DNA from: the human T2T-CHM13v2.0 reference genome, Homo sapiens
Assembly (NCBI RefSeq): GCF_009914755.1
Contig: NC_060942.1
Strand: one strand, 5' to 3'
DNA length: 64,000 nt
Position 1 is the first letter of the stretch; every line of letters starts with the position of its first letter. Both the position numbers and the translations under genes were made by a program. The notes beneath the pieces were generated by a model, which did not search any database, was not told the DNA's origin, and saw only the letters and a list, made by a program, of their open reading frames with translations. This document shows, piece after piece, positions 1-13,223 of this stretch.

Positions 1-1480
1 AAGAGGGTATTTCTTATAAGTGGAAACATTTCACTGGTGTAAGCTGTTAAAATTGTGACACTTTTATTCTATCTAAATCAGTTGGAGTATTTAAAAGAAT
101 TAACTAAATAGTTCTAAGTGCCCCAAAACAATTCATGGTAAGAAGAGTTTTACTCCTCAAATTCTCTTTATTGGTAGTCTGAAAAAAAAAGAGTATTTCA
201 CAACTATCAAAAAGTGTAAAATGTACCACTTATGTGTATGATATTCATATTTCATTTTTACTAACTGAGCAATGACCCATCTTCCGTCTACCAGAATGCA
301 CCACAAAAATCTATGAAAAAGAATATATGTATTTCCCCAAAAAGAAATTCCCTGAGCATGTTAATATATTTAGAACACAAACCACTTCAAGTATACATCC
401 ATATCTATACACCCCATCACAAAAATCGCATAATTTTCCCGGCTTCTAAATATCAGCTGAGTCATTATTCATTCATGAGTACATTAAACCTGGGGCTAAA
501 TCCTGTAAATAATTTCAGCCAAGAGGCGTTTTCCCCTTCTCATTCACCAAATTTCCTTTCCCGTTTTAGGAAGTCACAAAACGGTAAGAATTTCAGTCCC
601 CTTCCTTGTCTGTAACTGTCAATCAAATTACAGAACGGAAAAATGTCAAGAGGATCCAGGAGACGGCACCAGGAAGCAGCAGAGACCTGGGCGATCCACA
701 AAGGAGCAGGAGAGGCCTGAGCAGGCAGGGATGGCCAGAACACAGCCCTGCACTCCTCTACCAGTGCACTCAGCCTGCAGCAAGCTCAGCAAAGGCACAG
801 TAAAAAAAGTGAGCCATGCCAATTTAAGTGTGTGCCTTCTGCGTGCAAAGCACACCAGGGGTTACAAAAACCCTGGCGTTCTTCATGGCTAGGCAGCTCT
901 ACCTTGTTCTTTCTTCCCTTCATCAAAAGTCAACAATATCCTCTTATGTTTTTCATATAGCTGGCTGCAGTATATTTTTCAAATCAAATTTCAAACTCTA
1001 AATAAAAATGAGTTGGTAGCCTTTGACATGTATAGAAATTTACAAGGGGGAAAAAAAACCCTGCTTCAATTAAAACAAAGGAACTTAAGACAGAGCCACT
1101 AATAATTAGAAAGAATAATATTACAAATTAAATCTGCAGAGTGGCTCACTATTTTGGAAGTATTTTCAGTGAGTTATTATTCCAACTCTGAGGCAGCAAA
1201 ACTGCCAGGAGAGATGTGAGTGGACTCACTCTGCTATGACGTCATAGTGATGTTATCATAGCTATAGAACATTTGAGATTTAAGCTATTTTCCAATATTA
1301 TCCTACTGAATTCCCGCAGCCATCCCAGTGACATAAGCAGGGATCACCAACGAGAAAAACAGAAAAGAAGTCATTTTCAGAAAAGAAGTCATTATTTATA
1401 TCTGTTTACACCTATCAGCTCTATTGCAGCCAAACTGTACATATACTCATTTTGCTTACATACTAATCCTATTGTTGCAT

Positions 1481-1625
1481 GATCATCCCAATTTTATGGC
1501 TAAGGGATCTGAGGCACAGAGAGGTTAAGCAACTTGCTTAAAGTCACACAGCTAATAAACTGGCAAAACTGAGATTCAAAACCACGTAGTCTTGTTTTGG
1601 AGTTTGAGTTTTTAAGTACTACAAC
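1481..1625 (-). mobile_element. MIR SINE
   Basis: ctgaggcacagagaggttaagcaacttgcttaaagtcacacagct matches the MIR core in reverse. Confidence 0.85.
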
Positions 1626-4187
1626 CGTATCTCCTGATAACTAAGAATTCTCTCCGCGGTGCTCATGGACTCCTACCAAAACCCAGCTTTGTAGAGTCCT
1701 AAGTCCCCTATACTGCCTGGCCATTTAGCAGCCTAGGGCTGTTTTGCCCGTAGAGAAGAACACAAGATCATCTCAGTCAGGGCAGCACAAAGGAGGTTCT
1801 TGTGTGTTACTGCAAGAAGCAGGACCATTCATCTGTCTTCCAGACATGAAGTTGAGCTAAGATGCAGCAGGTATTAATACACTTGTTTAATATTACTAGA
1901 GACAGAGAGAGGCTAAGTAACCGGCTGAGAGTTACACTAGGGTTTAGTGGTGAAACCAGACCCACGACTAAATATCAGCACACTAAACTGATTAAAAACC
2001 ACCATGTTATTATCTGAACTATTAAAGCCAAGTGTAAATACAGTCTTGTCTATGTGTACTAGCCTCTGGCTCCAAATACTTCTTTATATTTTTACACCTG
2101 CATTTCTCTTGCTCTTGGCAATAACTGAGCAGACACTCTATGTTTCCTATTACTTTCAACGTGGTGTATCAGACGAATGCCCACTGCCAACATTATGAGT
2201 ACCTTGGCCCTAGCTGAGAGTGCCTTAAACTGATTAAGTTACACCTGGCTAAAGATCTCTTGAAACACTTAATTGCCTAAAATTTGGTCCAGGTGAAACC
2301 CTGACTTCTTCCTGGTTACACTCCTTATGTTACTTATTCATGTGGGAGTTGGCTTCATTACCAGGCTCAGGGTTGGCACAGATAAAAGACTGCGGATGCT
2401 AAGCACATCACAACTCTAATATGTTCTAAACACTTAACTAAGTTGTTTCCAAACTTTTATTTACCAAATGCATTGATGTGCATGTGAAGAAATTCAAGGT
2501 AATGTTAAGGAGAACCTGATATATTATTTCAATTAAACATTATTGCTTCTGGTTATCTTAAATCTTAAACAGATGTAACTAAATTATTTCTATCTCTGTT
2601 TACACCTATCATATCAAATTCATGATTGTCAATTATGTCTAACAGATCATCTCACATCTCAACACTTTCTCCTCCTTTAGCAACCGACTGCTTTTTGTTT
2701 TAGATGACGACTACTGCTTCATTAGGAGGTGCTGGAACATCAAAATAGGTTTGGTTATATCTGCCAAAAAATAGCTTTGTGACCTCTGAAAGCACTGTTT
2801 TATCAATTAAATGAGGGCAGCACATCTTCCAGAGGAAAACAAATTCTATGACTCTACAATAAAGACAGAAATTAATTTTAGGTTTACTCCAATGTTGATT
2901 GTTATTTCTTCTATACCCTATTGTACATTAAGAAGGCCTGCTAAGGATAGCCAGTTGCAGAAACAATAAGGTAAAAAAGGCATTACCAAAAAAAAAAAAA
3001 TGTGCAGGTGTGCTTGGACATATGTGTGTGTGCATGTAATGCCGGGCACAGAATAGGCTCAAAACTTTACTAAGTGCATGCATGCATGAATGAATAAACA
3101 CACCACACATGGGATACACGTCAAACTAAGAATAACATCATAACACAGAGAAAGATAAACATTCATTGGTTCTGCCAAAATATATTTTAGTGCATTCCAC
3201 TTCTCTAATGTGTTTAGGGCTGAGCTTTCTTTAGGATATGGAATTACCTATAATGGTCCTAAAGATTTTAAGAGCACCATTCCCTACCCTTTTCCCTTTG
3301 AATTCTAGTCCACAGGTTGATGCCTGAAGCCTAAAGCTGACATCCTTAAGAAAGGACTTAAGCTCAAATAACTTTAGATGCGATTGGAGTGAACAAGTTA
3401 ATTTCATTGCTGCAGACTTTTGTCAAGGTACATTACCAAGAGGGGTAAAAGCCTACATCCCTGAAAGAGTTTCCACAGTCACAAACCCACTTTTCATCAC
3501 ATCTCCAATCACTCCCTGTCTTTGGGAAATGCTGTCACAGTTTGTCAGCAGTAATTACACTTCAGGGCAATGAGGTCTCAGATCTTTTCCCAATAATCAA
3601 TTTTTAGAAAGCATTTCTGGAAAGCAGAGAAGGTATGAGGGTATTGAGAGGTTGTTACAAGAAGGGAAAGCAGTACAAAGAAAAATGCTAACTACATTAT
3701 AGTTTGACCTTTTGCATACAACCCTAAAGGCGCTCTTCTTATTTCTCCAGTCCCAAATGTCTTTAGTGCTGTGTTTGTACCTAATAAGCACAGACAGCCA
3801 AAAAGCCATCATTCCTAAGTACCTATTCCTTCTCAGGAAGCAAGAGCGATCAGGAAGAAAGTTGCATCAGACACAAGCAGAAAGTCACACTTTGAAGAGT
3901 CGACATTCAAGCAAGAATGAAAAGACAGTGAGGCCAAGATTCTAACAGACATAAAATGATAATAATAATACTCAAAGAAACATTTCACAAAATACATAGG
4001 TACTTCTCTAGATATATTCTTTGATCTTGAACTTAATTACGTAAAGCAAATTTGACAAAATTCTATCATTAGTCATTATTAAAAGTTCACATCTTCATAG
4101 TATTTTAAATCAAAAGGACTTTTCTCATCCATTATCTTCTTTAATCATCATTTTGAGATGGATTATCTGTCTAAGTGGTCAACCATG

Positions 4188-4310
4188 CTACCCATCTTAT
4201 ACATTCAGGAACATAAGCTTGGAGCGGGTTAAGTGCCTTCCTTTTCCATGAGTCACAAGACAGAGTAAGGGCAGGAATGGGGTTATAACCTAGGTCTTTT
4301 CATTTGAAAT
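4188..4310 (-). mobile_element. MIR SINE (diverged)
   Basis: cccatcttatacattcaggaacataagcttggagcgggttaagtgcc...gtcaca resembles the MIR core. Confidence 0.6.
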
Positions 4311-5796
4311 CCTCAGTCAGAAGTTAGCACTTGACCAGAATATCCTTCCAAATCACCTACAGTCTAAGGAATCTGGTGGACAACTTTTCATATTTGTTAA
4401 AGATATCTAATAGTGCTAAGTAGAGTTATAAATGAACTCTGCTGTGCTTTGAAGCATCAAACTTAACTCTGGGTGCTTTAAACAGATGCCTTCATCTTCT
4501 GCTTACCAAGAGAATTGTTATGAACAGTGAGTTTCCAATCTGGTAAAGTTTTGAACAGGAATCACTGCCATGGTACACTGTAAAATTGTTACCCCATCTT
4601 CCCTTTCATAAAGCTGAAAAAAAGTACGAATTATCTTTTTTCTGTCAAAACATATGGCCCTAACTACTTTCAACTGAAAACAAAAGCATGAAATAATTAC
4701 CAAATGTATGACTCTGTGGCACAGATTGAAATGAAAAAAATAAGTATGCAAGTTGTCAACATCTATGTCCAATCAGCTGCTTCTCTGTCTGTTACCCATT
4801 CAAATGCCCACCCTCTTCCCTCCTGCCCGGGGCAAACTTTTAGGTGAAATCAACCAGCAATATTTCACTAATTTAACTCAGAGCAGAGCTTTTAGCTAGC
4901 ACAAAGCTAGGTGCTTTGGTAAATTACATACAAAAAATTAGAAGGGCAGAATTTTCACTAGGAACTAGTTGGGAGATTTATGAAGTACAATAAGCAACTA
5001 GAAAATGTGATAAAGTGAGTAGCCTTTTGTATAAACCATATGAGCTAAAGAAATGTAAAGGAAGTTATCCTATAGGGTTATTCAGAAATACTTCTTAAAG
5101 GAGGTGAAAGATGAATTAAGAAGGGCAATAATATTCCTGAGATAGGACCAGAAGACTAAATGATCAACATTAGTTAGTTCACGACTTCAGGCATATTTAA
5201 AATATAATTGAGTTGGCTTTCTCTAAATATTTAAATTTTAGGTATTTTTTCATTTGATCTAATTTTTTCTTAATTCAAAAAAATGTGCTACTGGCTACCT
5301 CAAATATTCTTCCGGAATGAGGAGGGCATAAATACATGTGAACAACAGCAATTTCTTTAACAATAAAAATTATAGTAAGAATGACCCTTTCATATTTCTT
5401 TCCAAGAAATGTAAACTTTGCTAACTAAATTACTTTGTTCAATAATTTTGGATTTTCAAAAATAGAAATGTAAAACCCATACAATTGCTTAAAATTGAGA
5501 AGCAGTTTAAAATTCTCAGTGTTGATGAAATTAATGAGAAAATGTCTTTACAAGAAGAGCAGCAGTTTTACACAACAAAAGGCTCAGGATTATTTCTGTC
5601 TTTTTTGTCTTCCTTGATAAATTAGCGTCTAGTGAGAATTTAAGAGAAATATACAGACAGGTTAAAAGAAGCAAGGAATGTTTCCTATTTTTCTTTTTCC
5701 TGGTGGAGAAACATTCATTAAAGTAGATAGTTCTTTGTTTACATAATTAGGAAATATTAGGTCCTCTGTTTGGAACTTCCTAATCTATAAATAGAC

Positions 5797-6038
5797 ATGA
5801 ATGTGTGTGTGTGTGTGTATACACGTATATACATGTGCGTAGATACATATATGTATACATATATACGTATATATGTATACATGTACATATATGTATATAC
5901 ACATACACACATCCATTTATTTACCCACATTATACATCTTTATACGTCTATATTTACACATTATTTACACACATTATACATATATACATACATATGTGTG
6001 TATAGCATATATGTATGTGTATGCCTGTGTGTGTATAT
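5797..6038. repeat. Compound (TG)/(TA)/(CA) low-complexity microsatellite
   Basis: Alternating purine-pyrimidine run visible directly. Confidence 0.95.
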
Positions 6039-6071
6039 AACATTAAAATTAAAGGTTTATAAAGCCTAGAA

Positions 6072-6251
6072 GTAGGGGGATAGGAAGGAACTGCTTAATG
6101 GATACAGAGTTTCCTTCTGGGCTGGGGAAAATGTTTTAGAACTAGACAGATGTGGTGACTGCTCAACATTGTGAATGTACTAAATATTACTGAATGGTTT
6201 ACTTCAAAATGGTTAATTTTACATTATGTGACTTTCACCTCAATTAAAAAA
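6072..6251 (+). mobile_element. Old L1 3' end (L1MB-like)
   Basis: tgcttaatggatacagagtttcc...acattgtgaatgtactaaat...ttcacctcaattaaaaaa is typical of the L1MB 3'UTR. Confidence 0.85.
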
Positions 6252-7032
6252 ACAAAATAACACACAGTAGTGGGCCCTTAAGTTACATGTTGTCCTTCAG
6301 AAAAAAAATATTAGCAAGGGCCCATCTGTAGGCAGATGGAATTCTAGTAGAGAGGACAAGATGATGGCCAAATTTCTTAAGCAGTAAGCCTTGTTATCAG
6401 TTGCTACATGGAACATTTAGGTAAATAATGTAGCTATTATTAGGAGAGGAGGCTGCCTTTCCACTGAAATAAAAACTGCTCTCTTACCAAAGTCACTCAT
6501 GCTCTCTTTGTTAGCAAACTCAATGTTCTTCATTCCACCAAGAAAATCAACCTATGATTTTTCCCTCATTGCCAAAATGTCTTAAGAGAGCCAAATGGCT
6601 ATAAATAATGATCCCTAATGTGCTCTACAGAGCAGGAGACATCTTTCTAGATTTGGTTCTATCGTTAATAGATAGAGGTTCTTAACCTCTTTCTCAATCT
6701 TCAATATTCATTTGAAAAATGTAGTTCATAGCATTTGCCACTGCAACAAGACACTGAGAAAACACTGAAATAGTAGGGGCCCTAAGGTATTTAATTTGTA
6801 GAGCATGTCCAGTGCCTGAATGATGCTGAAAATATTTTTTGATGTTGATGAACCTCAGTGTTCTTAAACAGAAAGTTTCTTGACATGTGGATAAGCTATT
6901 CAGCTCTTTTTTCCAGTAAGTCCAAACAGGATTGTGTACTAATAGTATAATATGGAGAGGAATATGGAACAAATATTGGGGAAGAATGAGCTCAATTTTC
7001 ATTAAATGTATTTCATCTTCTAAACTTTCCAA

Positions 7033-7434
<402 letters not shown>

Positions 7435-7871
7435 CTACGGACTCCTTAGGAGCAAAGATTGTGGTTTAGAGCACATCCAATACAATGGGTTGCCCAAAGC
7501 AAGCACCCAATAAATAGGAAACAAGGAAGACAGCCAAAGTAGAAGAGAACCAGTCCTTTCCTTCACTTACAAAGTTTAAGCAGCAGAATTTTAGTGTTGA
7601 AGGGAAGTATACATCATGCACCCTTTTTCAGAAAAACTGTCCTTTGAATCGTAAGTGGCTTCCATAGGTGTTGTGCGTGGGGTGAACTTCTGGCCTTGTA
7701 CCAGGAAGAAGATATCATATGGAGATGACCCAGATGTGAAAGGTATCACGCTGCAATTCCACAGTTGTCCAGCACTGGGTGTGCAGAATTTCTCAAGAAA
7801 CTCATCGATGTAGAATTTACGAATATCTCTGACTTGCTATATTTATCTACACCTCAGTTTCTGCATCCAGA

Positions 7872-7974
7872 TTTTCTTTTTATTTTACTTTTATTATTGT
7901 AGGGACAGGGTCTCACTATGTTGCCCAGGCTGGTCTCAAACTCCTGGCCTCAGAGAATCCTCCTGCCTTGGCCT
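7872..7974 (-). mobile_element. Alu left-monomer fragment (FLAM-like)
   Basis: T-rich tail then gacagggtctcactatgttgcccaggctggtctcaaactcctggcctc. Confidence 0.88.
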
Positions 7975-8499
7975 GTGTCCGGATTTTTAAAATAACAGTT
8001 GCAAGAAATTATAACAAACCAAGAGTCAGTTTATGACTTTAATCTTCCTCCCAAAATTCGGAAACATAATCAGAAGTCACAGGCAAGTTAAGACTATGCA
8101 TCATCTTTGATGGTGTTTCCTATTTCCACTGGATGGAGAATCAAAAACAGGTTGGACTGACTTATAAGGAGGCACAATCCAGAATGCAAACCTCAAGCGC
8201 ACTGACTGCTTGAAAAACTCTCCCATTTCACCTGCCCCCTAATTCTTTCTGTTCTTCATCCCGTTGGCCTACACTGCTCATTTTGCCCTTTGCATGTGTT
8301 GTACCATGTGTTGCTGTCTTCTGTTTTATATTTATGATCTGTTTTCTGAAATCTCCCAGGCTGCAGGTGTGTCATTCCTTACCTGGTCACTCTCTATGTC
8401 TGGTAGATAAGATAATTGATGCTCATTTTCCGGTGATGAGGACGATGATGATGACGATGATGGAAAATTATCTTGCAATGCCTGTTCTCCACTTCTTTA

Positions 8500-9140
8500 C
8501 CTTCCTTCCACACTCACTACTTCAATGAAACTGCTCAAGACCTCCTGGATGCTGCAGCCAAATGTCACTTCTATCTTTCAGCAACATCTGACACTGTTGA
8601 CAATTTCCTCCTTCTGGTCAGATCTGCCTCCCTTGGCTTCTCTGACTCTAAGTTTTCCAGGTCCTCCTATCCGTCTTGACTTTTAAATTCAATTACTTCT
8701 CAGGCATACCCATTTGAAAGGCTCCTCGTCACATTCATGATAAAATCTCAACTCCTTAATAGGGCTCACAAGTCGCTTTTTGATCAGGCCACTGTTTACC
8801 TTTTCAGTCTCATCTTTTATGTTATCCTTTTGTACCATAAGCTTCTGGCATTCTGAACTACTTCTGGGTCACCGGATATGCCATGCTCACCCCTGCTTCC
8901 AGTTATAACCCTTGCATTTTGCCAGCTTAATTCCCATTCATCCTTGCACTTCACTTCCTCTAAGGCCAAATGTGGACTAGTTGTCCTTTGTATATCTACC
9001 TTAAGGAGCCTGTACACCCCAATCAATGCATTATCAGTCTAGGTTTTAATAGTCTGTTTGCCTATCTCATGCTTGTCTTGTTCAGGGTTATATTCTAACA
9101 GCTCACTCATAGTAGGCATTTGATAAATATTAGCTGAATT
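8500..9140 (+). mobile_element. L2 LINE fragments including 3' end
   Basis: cagcaacatctgacactgttgac...ctcccttggcttc; terminal catagtaggcatttgataaatattagctgaat. Confidence 0.75.
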
Positions 9141-12100
9141 ACTTTATTCTGTCAAACTTCTTGCCACCATCTGAGTGAAGGAGTTAGGAAAAGTACATTA
9201 AAGTGTTTTTTTTTTTTTTAAACAACCAAAATAACTCCTCCTGAAATAGGAAAGATGAAATCTACTGCCTCTCTGTAACTCTCTGAAACTGATAATCTCA
9301 GGCGATAGTGCTAGTCCAAAGAACAGATACAGGATTTCATCCAAGTGCATGTCAATGACTTACCATCAGTGGAAGAAGCCTGAAGCTCTGGCTATTTTTG
9401 TTCCTTAAATTCCCTGTGTTCTGCTCCTGTACTTAAAGCCAGATGCAGAGGAATCCCAGGATTTAGAATCTCTCATGTTAGCTCTCTTGAGTGCAATGTG
9501 GGAAAGAGAATGAAAACTTCCACTGCTTAGAAGTCTGCAGAGCTCAGGGATAAAAATGAGCAGGAACTCAAGTCATGGTGTAAGGGTGAGAGTCTATGAT
9601 CGGGCTTCTACTATATGGCTAAGAGAGGGCGTCCTTCATCTTCATCATGTTTTACCTGCAGTGGTTTTTGGCTTCAATTTAATAGCAATATTGTCTTTGG
9701 AGCCAGTTTCTTAAAAATGATACGTTTCTTCTGTTATATGCCAGCCACATCAAAGAGGGCCACATCAGTGTGACTGCTCCTAAGGTGAAATAATCTGTGG
9801 TGTTTTCTAAAATGGTCTGAGGTGAACAAACCAGGTAAGAAAATGCTAAGATTTGCATTTCCTTGAAATGCAATGTTATTTTTGAGCTCCTAATTGAAAA
9901 AATTTAAACTGCATATAATTAAGTGTGGGGGAGTGCACCAAGGTGGCTCACATTTAGGCACATGGTAAACTGATTTGCCGTTGAACTAGAAGGCTAATAT
10001 TAGGAATGGGTGAGCCAAGCCATGCTTTGTGTTTGTTCAATGTCTCATACTATTTTTCAAACGTCATGGGCTCAGCAAAACCCAAAACACATTTTCTCAG
10101 CACTTCTCTCTATTTTTCAACCCATATGTATTTCGAGAGAAGCTTAATTCATATGTTTCTGATTTCTTTACATGCAAGTCATCAGAATGTTGTTTTGTAG
10201 GAACTATTTGATGTCCAGAAAGCCTGTTGAGTCTTTTCTTTGAGGTTTTTTTTTTTTTTTTTTTTTTTATCCCTTAGGATCAGGAAGCCATGATTTCCAA
10301 ATAGAAAAAAAAAAAAAAAGGAAAGAAAGAGTAAAAACACTCATCAGAATCCCCAATATTTTTTCCTCAAAGGTTCAAATTTTGTTTAACAGAGCGCATA
10401 GAGTCTGAGTATAATTCTTTCATTGGCAGGCTTGTATCATACTGTATTTTCCTGCTCCTCATTGACACTGCCTTTCTTGAAGTTAGTAATGTCTTCCTTG
10501 TGGATACAAAAGTACAAATTTGCAATGTATGAATAACAAGAATAGATCTTAAAGGGAGGTGGTGAGCTAGCTCTTCACACACTAAGTGAATGCATTCTGT
10601 AACGTGCTGTCAGGGCTGAGGGAGAGGGTCTGGGTATTAAGAGAGAGGAAAGTAGTTAGCTCCTCTCCAAGAGAGTCCTGTGAAAATAAGCACAATTTTT
10701 CACTCCATTAGGCATTGTGCTGGCATCCTCTTTCCTCAATTTATAACTGTAACTCTCTGATTCAAGTGTGGTCTGATGGTTGTTTGCGTGCATTACAAAT
10801 TATAATATAATTTTATAAATATTTCTCCATTTGTGAATAACTACAAACAAAAAACAAAAACAACAAAAAAAGAAGCAAACAAAAAAAAAACTAGCAATTT
10901 TTAGGACTTCCAAGGACAGTTTGAGTATCCCTACATTGAAACTTTTGGCAAAAGTGGTATCCCTTTTTTAAAAAATAAGGTTTAAGACACTATATATTAC
11001 ATGTAGGAGGGCTTTTATCTTTTAACATCATTGATGTCTATCTAAATTTGATCATTTTAAAAGTTGTCTTGAATGTAGTAATATTTTAGAAGACTGAATC
11101 AGATTTTAATAGTAGTGGACAGTCTTTTTTTTAAAGGTGCTGTATATAAAAAAGATTGGCTCCTCTGCAAGCTTTCCTAAATTTCAATCTGCAAACCAAA
11201 TTGATGTTGGGCACGAAGCATCCAGTCGGTATCTAACACTATCTCATGCCTCTGAAGTGTGTCTCTACAAATATAAACCCACATTTCCCAGCAGACTCTT
11301 TGTCCTCTGTGAGGGTAGCCAGATTAGGAATGCTGGTTCATCTGAGTGAGAACTGAAAGATTTCTACCTATGCTTCCTTTCAAGGCTGAGATATCTCTAT
11401 TCCCTAAAACTCTTTTCCATTTTCCCATTTCAAAACCAGAATGGTGTTAGGGCTGAGAAGATTCAAAACAGTCTTCTCAAATCAAATATCTCTCCAGCAC
11501 AGCTGCTGTTAAGTGACCCACCATGTTCGAAGACAGGCTCACAACCCATATACTACGGTTTTTTTGCTATGAGCCCCCAATACTATATATTTCAGGAAAG
11601 CAATGTTTTTAGAAAAAAACCCCAGCAAATTAAACTTCTCAGTATATCACTCTTCAAACGTAGCTAATAGTGGCATGAGCAGCAAACAGAAATGTTGTCT
11701 TAAGCTATCACACTGAATGATGATTTAAGGGTACATATGTGTGCATTAAATATCAGGCAAATAACCAAATAGCTACTACTAAAACATGTGACTAGAGCAA
11801 ATCACTTAATTGCCAGTTGCTCTGAATTCAAACGTATCTCTGAAAACACTTATCCCATTGTATGAAGATTATGAAATAGCAAAATAAAATTGTCATCAAG
11901 ACTGTTGAAAAAGTGATTATTTAATACACCAATCTCTACATCATAAGGAGAAAGTTGGAGCAAAGAAAAAAAAACTGTAGCCTCATGAAGATATACATTC
12001 AGTAACCATTATAAAGATACGGCCAATTTTCTCTCTAGAGTCGATCAGACAGACATTTCCCTACAATTTAGGTCAATAACTTAAGTTTTTTAGTTTCTAC

Positions 12101-12226
12101 TACCTTTTGATAAAGATCAGCTCTAATATAAAGATAAATATGAAGAAGTATGTCAAGCAGTGTGATTAGGTTTCAATAGCTGGCCTTCAAAACTAAAAAT
12201 TCATCTCACATTTAAAAAACTTTCTT

Positions 12227-12586
<360 letters not shown>

Positions 12587-13179
12587 TCAGTTTAAAAGAA
12601 GGAAGATGTTAATGGCAGCATTTACTCATGAGATACCACATTATTGTTTCAAATGGTATAAATTCCTAATTGTGAGTAATATTTTGAAATGCAATAGCCA
12701 AAGTGAAAAAAGTCAAAACCTCATGGGCTGCCCATCTTAGAACAGATTACCAGACAGGTAAATTTGAAAGCATTATAGAAAGATGTTACTTTGAAACAAC
12801 AAAAAAAATGTTGCTGGGTAACATTCAAAGTGCCTATAATGTTCTTTTCTCCTCTTTGCCTCTCACCATTCCCCAATAGTAGACCCTCCCTTGGCATATT
12901 CACAGATGCAATCCCTGCTGAGCCACAGTAATGAGGAGTACCCCCTACCATCACAAATTTAGTAAGAGAGAAGTCACTGTGCATGGGAGATGAGTCTCCA
13001 ACATCTTCCTTCTGAAGGGAAATGCTCATAGAGACACACATGCCTCACTTGCTTTTCCATCATCTTATGGCCTGGGATGTACAGAAAGATGGAACCCCAA
13101 AGAACTCCTATCCATTATCATCATCTTCCTGTCCCTATGCAGCAGATGCACAGATTCCAAGAGGTGTCTTAAATGAAAT

Positions 13180-13223
13180 ACACACACATACAGATATACA
13201 CACACACACACACACACACACAC
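13180..13223. repeat. Interrupted (CA)n microsatellite
   Basis: Seen directly. Confidence 0.95.

Noticed and set aside
5797-6069. Tyr/Ile/His-rich ORFs
   Set aside because: Microsatellite translation.
7037-7070. T34 as the tail of a separate retrocopy
   Set aside because: No body sequence or second TSD; best read as an expanded T tract at the Alu target site.
10246-10320. T24 ... A14 potential hairpin and antisense acceptor
   Set aside because: Mononucleotide runs are common here, and there is no supporting donor or unique stem.
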